NCBI GenBank assembly: GCA_002269645.1
Contig: NIVC01004016.1
Location: forward strand, 1-64,000
Origin: Macrostomum lignano
Lineage: Eukaryota
DNA length: 64,000 nucleotides
Direction of reading: 5' to 3'
A program made the position numbers and the translations under genes. Positions 53,514-64,000 of the stretch are shown piece after piece (the stretch's first letter is position 1; the number at the start of each line of letters is the position of its first letter). The notes beneath the pieces were generated by a model. The model worked only from the letters and a program-made list of their open reading frames with translations, made no database searches and was not told the DNA's origin.

Positions 53514-53769
53514 TTATCAAAACTGATTGTGATATAACCTAGAGAATAATAGCCTACAGAACTATGGCTTGAGGTACTAATATCAGGGTAAAAAGGGATT
53601 AGAATTTATCTTCTTTTATACTAAAAAATTGTTTTTGGGCAACTAACCAACTAACTAGCCTTTAGCCTTTGAATTTTAGATTTCATTATGATGCAATAGC
53701 AAAAAAAATTAAAGTGCAAATAGTAATATTATAAAAGTTGTTTGTGTGGTATAGCATACATGCGCAACC

Positions 53770-53867
53770 CTCTGATTTACATTGGCTTGTATTTACTTTT
53801 TGACAAAAAATGTGACTTACCTATGAAAGAAACCCTATATAGTAAAAAGTAATGCAATTTTGGGTAA
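53770..53867 (+). repeat. Left arm of a ~100-bp inverted repeat pair (partner at 56062-56154)
   Basis: ttactttttgacaaaaaatgtgacttac...aaagaaacccta...aatgcaattttgggtaa matches the reverse complement of 56062-56154. Confidence 0.8.
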
Positions 53868-53926
53868 ATGGCAAGAGTAACATGACTGTCTTATTAGGGC
53901 TAAATGCCTTGTTATCTAATTGAAGC

Positions 53927-54054
53927 ATATATGGCTGATTTTGTCATCCTCTAATCAATAGGCGGAGTAGCCACAATGTAGGCACTAGGACTAGGTTTAG
54001 GATAGGCGTAAGGTCAAAGGTTCAAATCTGCCTCCCTGGCAGATAATTAAAATT
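53927..54054 (+). mobile_element. tRNA-derived SINE-like repeat, copy 1
   Basis: Aligns by eye with 54531-54658. It has an A-box-like tagccacaatgtagg and a B-box-like ggttcaaatc. Confidence 0.5.
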
Positions 54055-54530
54055 AAATTCATTCATTCATTTGTAGCTTGGGCCTTGACTGATTGGAACT
54101 TTTTTGATTAATTTCAATTGAAACATTTTTAATTAATTAGCAGTTCCACAATTTGATTTGTAAAAACTGCTTTGAGTATAACTGATCTCATCAATGGCTA
54201 TTGTCTAGCTCCATAAAAGTACAAAATTACTAAACTGCAGACAATGGTGCTAAATTTGTTAAAGGTAGTGCTAAATGCTGAGCTTTTTAAAACTGCCAAT
54301 ATGTGTCGAAAATTGATTAGTGAGCCATAAAATGCTGAGCAATTGAGCAAATTGCAGTTTTCTAAGGGGACTGAGGTGCTGGACAAAGAAGAACTGCTGA
54401 CTGTGAATTAGTTCCTCTAGACTTAAATCTAATTTATAGATTTCACTTAACTGAGCATTGGCTCTGCCTGTATGCAACCCGTGCACTGAGTAGCCTATCA
54501 TTGCTATGTATTTGATTGCAGTGCCAAAGA

Positions 54531-54658
54531 ATATATGGCTGATTTTGTCACCCTCCAATCAATAGGCGGAGTAGCCACACTGTAGGCACTAGGACCAGGT
54601 TTAGGATAGGCGAAAGGTCCCAGGTTTGAGTCTACCTTGCAGCGGACTATTAAAATTG
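54531..54658 (+). mobile_element. tRNA-derived SINE-like repeat, copy 2
   Basis: Second diverged copy, atatatggctgattttgtca...ggcggagtagccaca...ggtttgagtc, with a B-box-like motif. Confidence 0.5.
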
Positions 54659-55380
54659 GGTGCCCCAAAGGGGGGCCACACTAGATTTGCTAGTACATAA
54701 GACTATAAATGCAGTTTCCCTTGTTAAATTATTTTTTGTTTAAATCCATGCTCGTTTTAGCTGCAAAGATATAGCTAGGCATCCACCTACACTAACAACA
54801 ATAATTCTAATAGGTGATCTTTGATAACTAGCCAAACTGTATGATCTGGATGTTTTGCACTAGTAGGAATTATATAAAACATATATTCTATGATACAGTG
54901 GCTAGGCCTAGCCAAGTATTAGGCCTGGCTGATATATAATTTGGTTAACTTAGTTAATTTTATCTCCAAAATATTAATATCATGTAATTGTATGAAATAT
55001 ATGTATAATTTAATATGAGAAACTGCATTTATGCTTGCACAAATACTTACTAGGTTATACTGAATTCATTAACAAATTAATTTTATTATTATCGAAGGGA
55101 ACCAAAAAGAATGCCAAATTCATTAATATATCATGAATTATATAATTAGCAAAATAGATAAATTCATAGTTTTTGACAATTAAAACTAATATTTCATTCT
55201 AATGTGCATATATTTTAATTGTACCAAAATATTTATATTACATGTTTATCTAGATTGGCTATTGCTAAATACTACCTTTAGCAATATAAAAATTATATAG
55301 TCTAACTCTACACTCTTACTATGCTTTGCTACTCCTTACCTTGACTATCTTTGACCCATATGCTTTGTGCAACTCATTAA

Positions 55381-55781
55381 TAGAGGTCTTATAGGATCCC
55401 AATCCCAGATCCTAAAATCCTGGGATCCCAAGAAAAATTATATTTCTGCGGGACCAGGATCTTGACCCTAAAAAACACAAGAATTGGGAACAGGTCTTTT
55501 GATCAAAAGTTTATAGAATTAGTAATTATTTAAATGTATTTTGTTTTAACTTGCATTCATTATATCATTACTTTGTTCATTACAAAACTTTGCATCAATT
55601 TTGTTGTGTTTTACTTATGATCTTGACATTTTTTGCTCAATTTTGTTTAACTTTATATGGACTTACAAACTACAATACACTAAAAGACCTGATCTCAATT
55701 CCCAAATCCCAATCCCAATAAAAAACATTCCCAATCCCAATCCCAATCCCACCTGAAGATTTCAATCCCATCTGACCTCTA
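55381..55781. mobile_element. hAT-type MITE, 401 bp
   Basis: TIR tagaggtc...gacctcta and an 8-bp TSD, ctcattaa (55373-55380) / ctcattag (55782-55789). It has subterminal (atccca)n repeats and an internal inverted pair gaattgggaacaggtctttt / aaaagacctgatctcaattc. Confidence 0.75.
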
Positions 55782-56061
55782 CTCATTAGTGCCAATGCAT
55801 CTAAGGTAGCATGCATTAAAATGTAACTTACTAATATACAATAGATGGATATATTGGATAAGATGTTTAACAGGTTAGTGTTTTGCCTATTGTTACTATA
55901 TCAAGCTATACATGCGCAACTGCTAGCCAACCTAGCTAATCTAGCTATTATAAATTACGATAGACCAAAGGTAAGTCACAAAAATTCCTATCCCAAAGAA
56001 TATACTAATTAGATAACAAGACATTTATCCTTAATAAGACAGTTATAGTTATTTATATTGG

Positions 56062-56154
56062 TTACCCAAAATTGCATTGACTTGGTTTAGGGTTTCTTTT
56101 GTAAGTCACATTTTTTGGTCAAAAAGTAAGTTGCATAGCCAGTACAAATCAGGG
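56062..56154 (-). repeat. Right arm of the ~100-bp inverted repeat pair (partner at 53770-53867)
   Basis: ttacccaaaattgcatt...tagggtttcttttgtaagtcacattttttggtcaaaaagtaa is the reverse complement of the left arm, with small indels. Confidence 0.8.
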
Positions 56155-56299
56155 AAATAAGGCATATGTATATCAAACTATATTATAGGGCATTTTGAAC
56201 TTTTTCCATTAAATATATCCATTAAACTTTAACCAAAATTTCACCACTGCTTTATATTTATCATTGGAAAATATATTGGATAATTGGATAATTGTAGAC

Positions 56300-56881
56300 C
56301 AGTGTGCGGATCATGTATCAGTGTATGCCGGACTAAATTTGGGCGTCAAGGACTTTGTATGCCAATGTATGCCAAAAACAAAATGTTGCGCTAAAATGTC
56401 TGCCAAAAATACTTAAAAAAGGTAATACAGTTTTTACGAGTAGAGTTTTCTAAGAAAGGCTTTTGTGTAAAATGTGTTTTTAAAATATTATGAATATTTT
56501 CAATTTAAACTAACTTAAATTATACCTACAAAAAATTTGATGCAAAATTATTACTCTTAGCAAAAATTCACAATAATTTTATTCATTGTTAATTTCAAAG
56601 GTTCAAAAATTTTATCACTGACAATACAAATTTTCCGTTACTTTACATAAAAATGTTAATTTACATTACAATTTTCATGCATGGCATGAATTTATTCACC
56701 AAAATTTGTATGCCAAAAAAGTATGCCTGGCTGTGTTAGTGTTACTTATGTACACCAATAGTGTATGCCAACAAAGTTTTGCCAGGGGTTGTGTACGCCG
56801 ATTGTGTATGCCAAGGACTTAGGGTGGCTGTTTTGTACATCGGAAAAGTTCCGGCGTAAATGCATACCATCCGCAACCTAG
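56300..56881. mobile_element. Non-autonomous DNA transposon, 582 bp (hAT- or MULE-type)
   Basis: Perfect flanking duplication attgtagac (56291-56299 and 56882-56890). Imperfect TIRs cagtgtgcggat...gccgga / tccggc...atccgcaacctag. Multiple subterminal gtatgcc motifs. Confidence 0.75.
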
Positions 56882-57935
56882 ATTGTAGACAAATTACAAA
56901 AGTCTATAGGCTATGTTTTTAGGTAAAACTTTATAACTTTATAATTGTTTTATAGTTATCATCAACAATTATCATTGACCTTACAATGCTAAAAGTTAAT
57001 AATATTTTCATTTAAAAAAAATAATTTAACGTGTGAAACTACATGATATAATAGCCTAAATTGGTAACAGATAATTGACTAGATATTATAATTTATAGTA
57101 TCTGGCCTAGGCAAAGTTTTCATGTATTTTCATGTACAAAAGGCTCTAGTAGCCAAATTTTGACAGACAGTTCTTGCATTAAGAAATAGTGTAAACATTC
57201 TTTATAAATTGCCATAAAAATACCTCCTCTATGTATTGTGGCTAAAGCCTATGCCATGGTCCAACACATAACATAATGCAAGTAAAAACAGTGTTTGCAT
57301 CCAAAAAATTATGTCTGACACCTATACCTACCATTTTCTAACATGTTCAATAGTCGAAACAATTTTTTTCAGGTCTTCTTTAGCTTTGCTTCTTGTCTCA
57401 GATCTAAGTCCGCGGCTAAACATAGTGAACGAAAAACTAAATGGGAAATTGCCTTGAATTTAAAGATTAATAAACAAATAAAAATAATTTGCCAGTGAAC
57501 AACGATTTGACGTTGTCGAAGAAAGTCACATGTTGAATTTTAGTTACAGAAAACTGTTTTAAACAAAAAATACTCTTATTTATTTAAAGTAAACAACTTT
57601 TTTATTTCATTATTATTTAACTGAGTTTTTTAATTAAATTTATTTCACAATAATAAATATAACTTTACTTATCGTAAATACATATGGCGCGTGCGACCGC
57701 CGTGATAATAAAAAATGGTACGATCTACTTTTCGCATGACGTGAGCGTACGTGCTATTATTTACAGGTAATAGTAGAGTTCTTTATCATCCAATCGAGTA
57801 TCTTTACCCTGGCCAATGTCGTGACTTTTGCTGCCATTCCATTCACGCCTGAAATTTTACTGAATTAAGAAATTGCAGCACTGCTTTGTGCTTTACTGTT
57901 TTTATCTTTTTTTGCTCACATTATAATTTATAATT

Positions 57936-58500
57936 GTAGTAGGGCATTATTTTAGAAACGGAAATTTTACAGGTTTAGATATGCTTTTACCCTACTATCA
58001 GTAGTTTCAACCCGGGGAAATAATTAGAGCGGGGTTAAGTGGATAAAATTGGGGTTCCATTAGAAATACAGAGCAGTTGGGCTCTCGGGAAAGAAAACTC
58101 GGACCTTCGTTGGAGTGTCTTCTCCTGTTTAAACTTAGAGAGTTCACGAAGAAGTGGTAAGGAAAGGGAAATATAAGGGATAGGCTTGCACAGAGGAGTC
58201 TTGCCTCTAAAAACTGGGAGTCTTGCCCAAGCACTATAGCAGGAATAAGGAAATAGGGAATTAATGTAAAAGCAAAACTAACTTTTGTACCGTAATTCAC
58301 TTTTCTATTATAAAATTTTTTTTGTGTTAACTAAATCCAAATTGGTGTCCTGACTTGGTTCTTTAAGCCTAAAAGCTAGAATTAAGGAACAGCAGGAACC
58401 TGGTGGCAGCGAACTACCAAACATTAAGCAGTACCACAGATAGCAATCCGCTCATAATCCTTAGCAATAAGAACCAGTAGCTTAGCCGCGGTTACACGCC
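57936..58500 (+). repeat. Candidate 5' LTR (boundaries uncertain)
   Basis: TG start at 57936, TATA-like atataa at 58171 and PBS-like sites immediately downstream. The 3' end could be ~58400 or ~58497 (gttaca). Confidence 0.4.
58401..58411 (+). promoter_or_regulatory. Primer-binding-site candidate, tRNA-Leu(AAG)-type
   Basis: tggtggcagcg is complementary to the CGCUGCCACCA 3' end of metazoan tRNA-Leu(AAG). A second 10-nt copy lies at 58510-58519. Confidence 0.5.
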
Positions 58501-58961
58501 CATTCCAATTGGTGGCAGCTTAGAGGATTAGAATACCCGAGAAACGCATACATTAGACTGGAGCTCAGGATTAGAAAAGGGATTAACGGATTAACTCCTA
58601 TGTGCTGAAATTAGAACTAAAACTAACACAAAATTACTAATTAGGTTCTAAATTAGAGATTAATGTACATAGTCAGTGGTCTAAGATCGTCTAATCTCAG
58701 ATTAACGGATTAACGGATTAGGAACGGATTAACGCTCCTGAAAGGAATTTTAACTTAGTTCCTTCGCTAGAAGATTAGTAAAGTCTCAATTAAGACCAGA
58801 AGTAAGGCGGAAGTAATAAAACTAGAGTCACTGCTGTTTTATTAACTAAAGTCTTACCATTAGGCAATTAGCAGCTAAATTCGGAGTCTTGCCAATTTAA
58901 CTGACCAAAATTATTAAACCAGAAGCGTTAATTCTAAAATCCGACCTAAAAATAAACTAAT

Positions 58962-60005
58962 ATGGAAGCGAATGACGTAGTAGAAGCACTGGCTGAAGGC
59001 ATTAGAGACAGGCTAGACATTAGGAAACATATTAGGATCCAAAAGTACACGCCTAATCAGGATATAGACGTGTGGATTCAGGCTTTCGAGCAGAGGTGTA
59101 TCGCAGATGAGATACCCCCAGCTGAATGGAAGAATGAGCTACTGTCTAACCTAGATGTTCAGTCAGCGTTCGCTATCGTGACAAGGCTAAACTTAGACCC
59201 TAATCTAGCATACGCAGACTTTAAGGATAGACTAATTGAGCGGTTCACGCATGTAGGTAGTGCTCAAGAAGCTAGGGAAGAGTTCCGTAGTAGGTTCCAG
59301 TGCAAAACTGAGAGCACTGATGACTACGCTGAAAAACTGACAGAGCTAGCATGCAGGGCGTTTCCCCATCTAACTAACGATCAGAGACAGGAAGAGGTGG
59401 TGGAACAATTTATCAGAGGTGTTAGGGTTGCCCCAGAGACTAGGGAAAAGCTACTGCTAGCTCAGGTAAACTCGCTTCAAGAGACACGTCGAGTCTTGCG
59501 ACGTATCGAAATGGCGTACGCTATGTCTCGCAGAGGTAGAGACCCGCAGCAGTGTAAGGCAACTGGAGGAGAAGAAGCTGAGAATAGCTTGAAGGAATTA
59601 GTCCGCAAGCAGGGTGAGGCGCTAGAAAACCAGCAGAAGGTGCTTCAGGAGTTACTCCGACACCACCAGAACGTTGAGCAAAAGGTCAAGCAGCAGCAGC
59701 CGTCAGGTCAGCAGCAGCAAGGCCAGAATCAGCAAGGGCGTCCCCCAGTAAAGTGTAACAGGTGTGGCAAGCTAGGTCACTTAGCTAAGAATTGTAGACA
59801 GCCACATCCTCAGAACCAGCTTAGGTACCCGGCTCAGCAGCAGATGCAGTATCAGCAGCCGCAGTATCAGCAGCCGCAGTATCAGCAGCCGATGTACCCA
59901 CAGCAGCAAATGCAGCCGCAGTACCCGCAGCCGCATTACCCTCAGCAGCAGAATTCGGGAAACGGAGTAGACGGAAGCGTCGGAGGCAACGCTTTCCAGC
60001 AGTAG
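58962..60005 (+). CDS. gag: Retrotransposon Gag (347 aa) with a CX2CX4HX4C zinc knuckle and a Q/P/Y-rich tail
   Basis: Capsid-like helical region followed by CNRCGKLGHLAKNC at 59754-59795. Confidence 0.93.
   Translation: MEANDVVEALAEGIRDRLDIRKHIRIQKYTPNQDIDVWIQAFEQRCIADEIPPAEWKNELLSNLDVQSAFAIVTRLNLDPNLAYADFKDRLIERFTHVGSAQEAREEFRSRFQCKTESTDDYAEKLTELACRAFPHLTNDQRQEEVVEQFIRGVRVAPETREKLLLAQVNSLQETRRVLRRIEMAYAMSRRGRDPQQCKATGGEEAENSLKELVRKQGEALENQQKVLQELLRHHQNVEQKVKQQQPSGQQQQGQNQQGRPPVKCNRCGKLGHLAKNCRQPHPQNQLRYPAQQQMQYQQPQYQQPQYQQPMYPQQQMQPQYPQPHYPQQQNSGNGVDGSVGGNAFQQ
59957..59997 (+). promoter_or_regulatory. Predicted -1 ribosomal frameshift signal: G GGA AAC slippery site plus a downstream stem-loop
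   Basis: The heptamer at 59957-59963 is in X XXY YYZ register with gag. After a 9-nt spacer, ggaagcgt (59973-59980) can pair with acgctttcc (59989-59997). The -1 frame is open from 59825 and has no ATG before the protease active site. Confidence 0.8.
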
Positions 60006-63000
60006 ATCCCTCACAGTCTGTAGCCTCACAACCTGTAAATAGCAGCGATAGTTTTTCTGTAAATAGTGAATTGAATCCTTCAGTGTATAACAGTACGTAT
60101 GCGCAATCATTTAATCAATCATTTAATCAGCCGAACATTTACTCTCAGCACTTTTCAAACGCACCACAACAGCAACCTTATTCTAGTGAGCAGCAGCTAA
60201 AACAACCAAAATTAACTGAACAAACTAAAAAACAAAGTTACGATCCGTACATCACTGGCAGCATTTTAAATAAGGAAATAGTTTATCTATTAGACACTGG
60301 CAGTAATAGAAATATCTTAGGACGCGAAACCTGGAAGCATCTTTTCACTGGCAAGAATAGGCATCTAATTAAGCATTGGGACAATAGAATTGTTTCTTTT
60401 ATGGAAGAGCCTATTCCAATTAAGGGTTTCGTAGTTATTAAGGCAACATTTGGCGATTTCGAAGAGGAAGTTGAGTTTCTCTTATGTGACGCAGATGTAG
60501 ACAATGGTGTGACGTTTGTCCAAAATTATTGTACTACTATTGACTTCGATGCAGGAATGCTGACCATGAAACAAGGAACTAGAATTCCGCTTCGATCAAG
60601 CAGAGCTAAGCCTCAGGTTAGGAGAATTTATGTCGCAGAAAAGACGACAGTTCCAGCCAATAGTTCAGGATTAGTCAAGGTCAGATTAGCAGCAGGTAGT
60701 GAAACTAATTTCGGAGTGCCATCAGTTGTTGAGCCACTCAGATCAGGATTAAAGACTAGAACAGAGAAGGTAACCGTAGTGCCAAGTTTAGTAACTCTAA
60801 GACAAGGGGAAGCTTATTTAGAAGTAATTAACACCAGTTCACAGGAAGCTAAGGTACCAGCATCAGCATTAGTAGGGATGGCTAAACCACTCTTAGCTAG
60901 CGAGCTTAACTATCTGAAGGAACAGCCAGAAGAGGAGCAGAATAAGAGCACGCAGTCTTGCGGAAGCAGAGAAAAGATCAGTCAGGTACAGGAGAAGTCA
61001 GAAGACTGGATTAGTGAGATTAACATAGGAACTGAACTGACTCAGGAACAGAGACAAAAGGTGATCGAGGTCGTCAAGGAACATTCAGCAGCTTTCTCGC
61101 AGCACGAGTTAGACTTAGGCAGAACGCATTTAGTCACACATGAAATTATCTTGAAGGATAACAACCCAGTTCAGATACCAGCTAGGAAGATTCCACCTCA
61201 TTGGATCAAGGAGGTAGATGAGCAGTTGGATTTCATGTTGGCTAGAGGCATAATTAGGCCTAGTTACTCGCAGTACTCGACTCCATTAGTCATAGTACCT
61301 AAGAAAGACGGTTCGCTGAGATTAGTTAACGACTATCGAGCACTAAACAATAAATCGGAGTACTTTCCGTATCCAATAACTAATATCAATGAAACATTTT
61401 CATGTCTCCATGGAGCCAGTCAATTTTCTACGTTAGATCTATTTTCGGGATATTATCAGATAGCTCTTAGGGAAGAAGATAAGTGCAAGACTAGCTTTCC
61501 AACCTTACATCGAGGCTCGTTTGAGTACGAAGTATTGCCAATGGGATTGCAAGGAGCTCCAGGAACTTTTCAAAGGTGCATGAACTTAGTTCTTAAGGAC
61601 ATTGCACAAAAGTTCGCCATAGCTTACTTAGACGATGTAATAGTTTATAGTGCAGACTTTGAATCGCATTTAGAAAACCTGAAAGAAGTGCTCAAGAGAC
61701 TAATACAAGCTAACATGAAACTAAAGGCTAAGAAATGTCACCTTTTCAAATCAGAATTACAATATCTAGGACACGTCATAGGCAAAACAGGAATTAAGAG
61801 AGATGCGTCGAAATTAGAATCAATTAGGAACTGGCCGAAACCTAAATCTGTGACAGAGCTTCGAAGTTTTCTCGGACTCTGTAATTACTATAGAAAATTC
61901 GTTAGAGATTTTGCCGAGGTAGCAGCACCACTCTGTGAGTTAACTAAGAAGAACATCAAATGTATCCAGGACAAATGGACCAGGATTCATGATGAATGCT
62001 TCGAATTGTTGAAGGAACGGATGTGTTCCGAAGAAGTGCTTGCTTACCCAGAGTTCAATACAGACCCCCAAGTTTATTTTGTGTTAGACACTGATGCATC
62101 AGATGTCAGAATTGGGGCGGTCTTGAATCAAGTTCAGAGCGACGGCATAGAAAGACCGATCGCGTATTATAGTCGGAAGATGAGGCAGTCAGAAACTAGA
62201 TATCCGATTACGAGGAAGGAGCTTCTAGCGATTGTTGACTCGCTGAAGTATTTTAGATTTTACCTCGTAGGAAAACATTTTAAGGTGCGCACTGATCACA
62301 ATGCCCTAACCTGGTTGCTTCGCCAAACCGAACAGACAGGCATTTTAGGTCGTTGGATCGAAAGACTTTCCGAATTTGATTTTGAGATAGAACATAGGAG
62401 TGGCCCTAAACATGTGAATGCTGACGCTCTATCCAGGATCCCTGATCCTCAACCGGAAGAGATGTCCCCACATGCCAGGTCGCTAAGCTGTAGGGCAACT
62501 GTGAATACAGACCCAGCATCAGCTTGTACTGTCAGCTCAGGCAATTCCGCGTTCGCTGAAACCTGTAGCTCGAGCAGTGGAGTTCCGTCATGCTGTTCGT
62601 CACAAGACACTGTCACGAACCGACACAATACTCCGATCTTTAGTAGCAGTAGGCTAGACAATAGACAGGGACAGGAGCCTAAAACCGGAAATCCGCCTGC
62701 ATGCAATGCCCTGCTCAGTGACTATCTCCGTAGCCCAGTTCGCCGTGACCAATTGATCGCAGCACAGCTAGCCGATCCGGCGGTAGGCTTTGTTAGAAAT
62801 TTAATTGAGAATGACTCGCCTAAACCGACATTTCAAGAACGACTAGAGTTAACCCACGACTGTAGGAACCTCTTAGGTTACTATGAGTTGCTCAGAATTG
62901 AGGACGGCGTACTCAAAGTAGACTTATCTATGGGGCAGACTGATCCAAAAGTAGTGTTGCCCAAGTCTCTGGATAGTGAAGTCTTTCACCAATTCCATGA

Positions 63001-64000
63001 TTCACCGTTAGCGGGACACCTAGGTCGAGATAAAACTTATCAGAGAATTAAAATTCGATTTTGGAGGCCAGGATTAGCAACAGCAGTTGAACGCTACGTA
63101 GCCAAATGTAAATCATGCCTAGAAAGCAAAACTAGAAGAAGAATTAAGGCACCAATTCAGAACTATCCTGTAGTCGAACCGTTCGGTAGATTGCACATAG
63201 ATCTAATAGGACCTATTGGCCAAACTAGCAAATCAGGAAACAAATATGTACTTTCAGTCATAGACAGCACTAGCAAATTTCCATTCGCATTCGCAATTAG
63301 GAATCAGAAGGCTAAAACAGTTATCAAAATTCTACAAGAACGAGTTTTCGCTGATTTTGGGATTCCACAATGGATTCACACAGACCAGGGAACACAGTTC
63401 ACTGGTAGGGCCTTTAAGAAATTTTTAGACCTCTATGGCATTAGACACACTCGAACAACTAGTTATCATCCGCAGAGCAATGGCTTAGTAGAAAACCTTA
63501 ATAAGCAGATTAAATCAATTCTCACCTGTTTACTGGAGAAGGAGCATTCCAACTGGGACGTTCTGTTGCCAGGTTGCATAACAGCTCTGAGAACCAGCAC
63601 GCACACTGCCACAGGATTTAGTCCGCACTATTTAGTCTTTGGACGAGAGGCCAGAATGCCCTGTGACAATGAGCTGAACGAGCCAAAGCAGTTTCAGGAC
63701 CTGCCATCTTATGTCCAGGAACATCAGCAGAATCTGCAGGAAGGCCAAGAACTAGCAAGAAAGAGATTAAAATTAGTGCAGCAAAACCGTGAGCAGGAGT
63801 ACTCTAATAAGCCTAAGCCGAAAACATTGCCTGTAGGAAGCTTAGTATTTATCAATAATCCAGTAATTGCTAACACAGAAGCTAACAAATTTCACAGAAA
63901 ACAAAGGGCAGTTTACGAAATTGTAGAACAATTATCAGAAGTAGTCTTTAAGATTAGACCAGTTACCAAAAATAAGAAGGCTAGAAAGGAAGAACTTATT
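59957..64000 (+). CDS. pol: Retrotransposon Pol (protease, RT, RNase H, integrase), open to the window end
   Basis: Manual translation shows no stop. Motifs: LLDTGS (DTG at 60293), YLDD (61625-61636), DTDAS (62087) to NADALSR (62417), HHCC (62996/63017/63107/63116) and the catalytic D 63200, D 63383, E 63491 with D-35-E spacing. It is absent from the ORF track, probably because it has no stop inside the window. Confidence 0.95.

Larger units (their letters stand above)
57936..64000 (+). mobile_element. Ty3/Gypsy LTR retrotransposon, 5' part, apparently intact (3' end beyond the window)
   Basis: gag with a CCHC knuckle followed by pol in PR-RT-RNaseH-IN order. The left boundary (tgtagtaggg at 57936) is tentative because the 3' LTR is not in the window. 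Confidence 0.93.

Noticed and set aside
53960-54035. Functional tRNA gene
   Set aside because: It has box-like motifs but no convincing cloverleaf or anticodon arm, and there are two diverged copies, so it was treated as SINE-like.
55700-55770. Interstitial telomere-like (cccaat)n
   Set aside because: The unit is ATTGGG, not TTAGGG, and it is explained as subterminal repeats of the hAT MITE.

Overview
Eukaryotic (metazoan-style) genomic window, not prokaryotic: it has GT-AG introns, GC-rich exons in AT-rich spacers, many minisatellites and a Ty3/Gypsy element. The style is reminiscent of free-living flatworm (Macrostomum-like) assemblies, but that is an impression only. About 53% of the window (2373-36245) is one almost invariant satellite of ~800 copies of a 42-bp dimer made of two related 21-bp subunits. 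It lies inside what look like the termini of a small non-autonomous DNA transposon. The huge ORFs (MSIYGAKRNACGAK)n are a by-product of this repeat. After a 692-N gap come: a two-exon mitochondrial glycine carrier gene (SLC25A38-like, minus strand) bracketed by minisatellites; the last exon of an Ala-rich protein with a C-terminal NLS-like motif; an intronless MS4A/CD20-like four-TM gene; a cluster of MITEs and SINE-like repeats; and an apparently intact Ty3/Gypsy LTR retrotransposon. In that element gag is joined to an uninterrupted pol by a predicted -1 frameshift; pol runs off the window edge and is missing from the ORF track. Copy numbers are manual estimates and no database searches were run.
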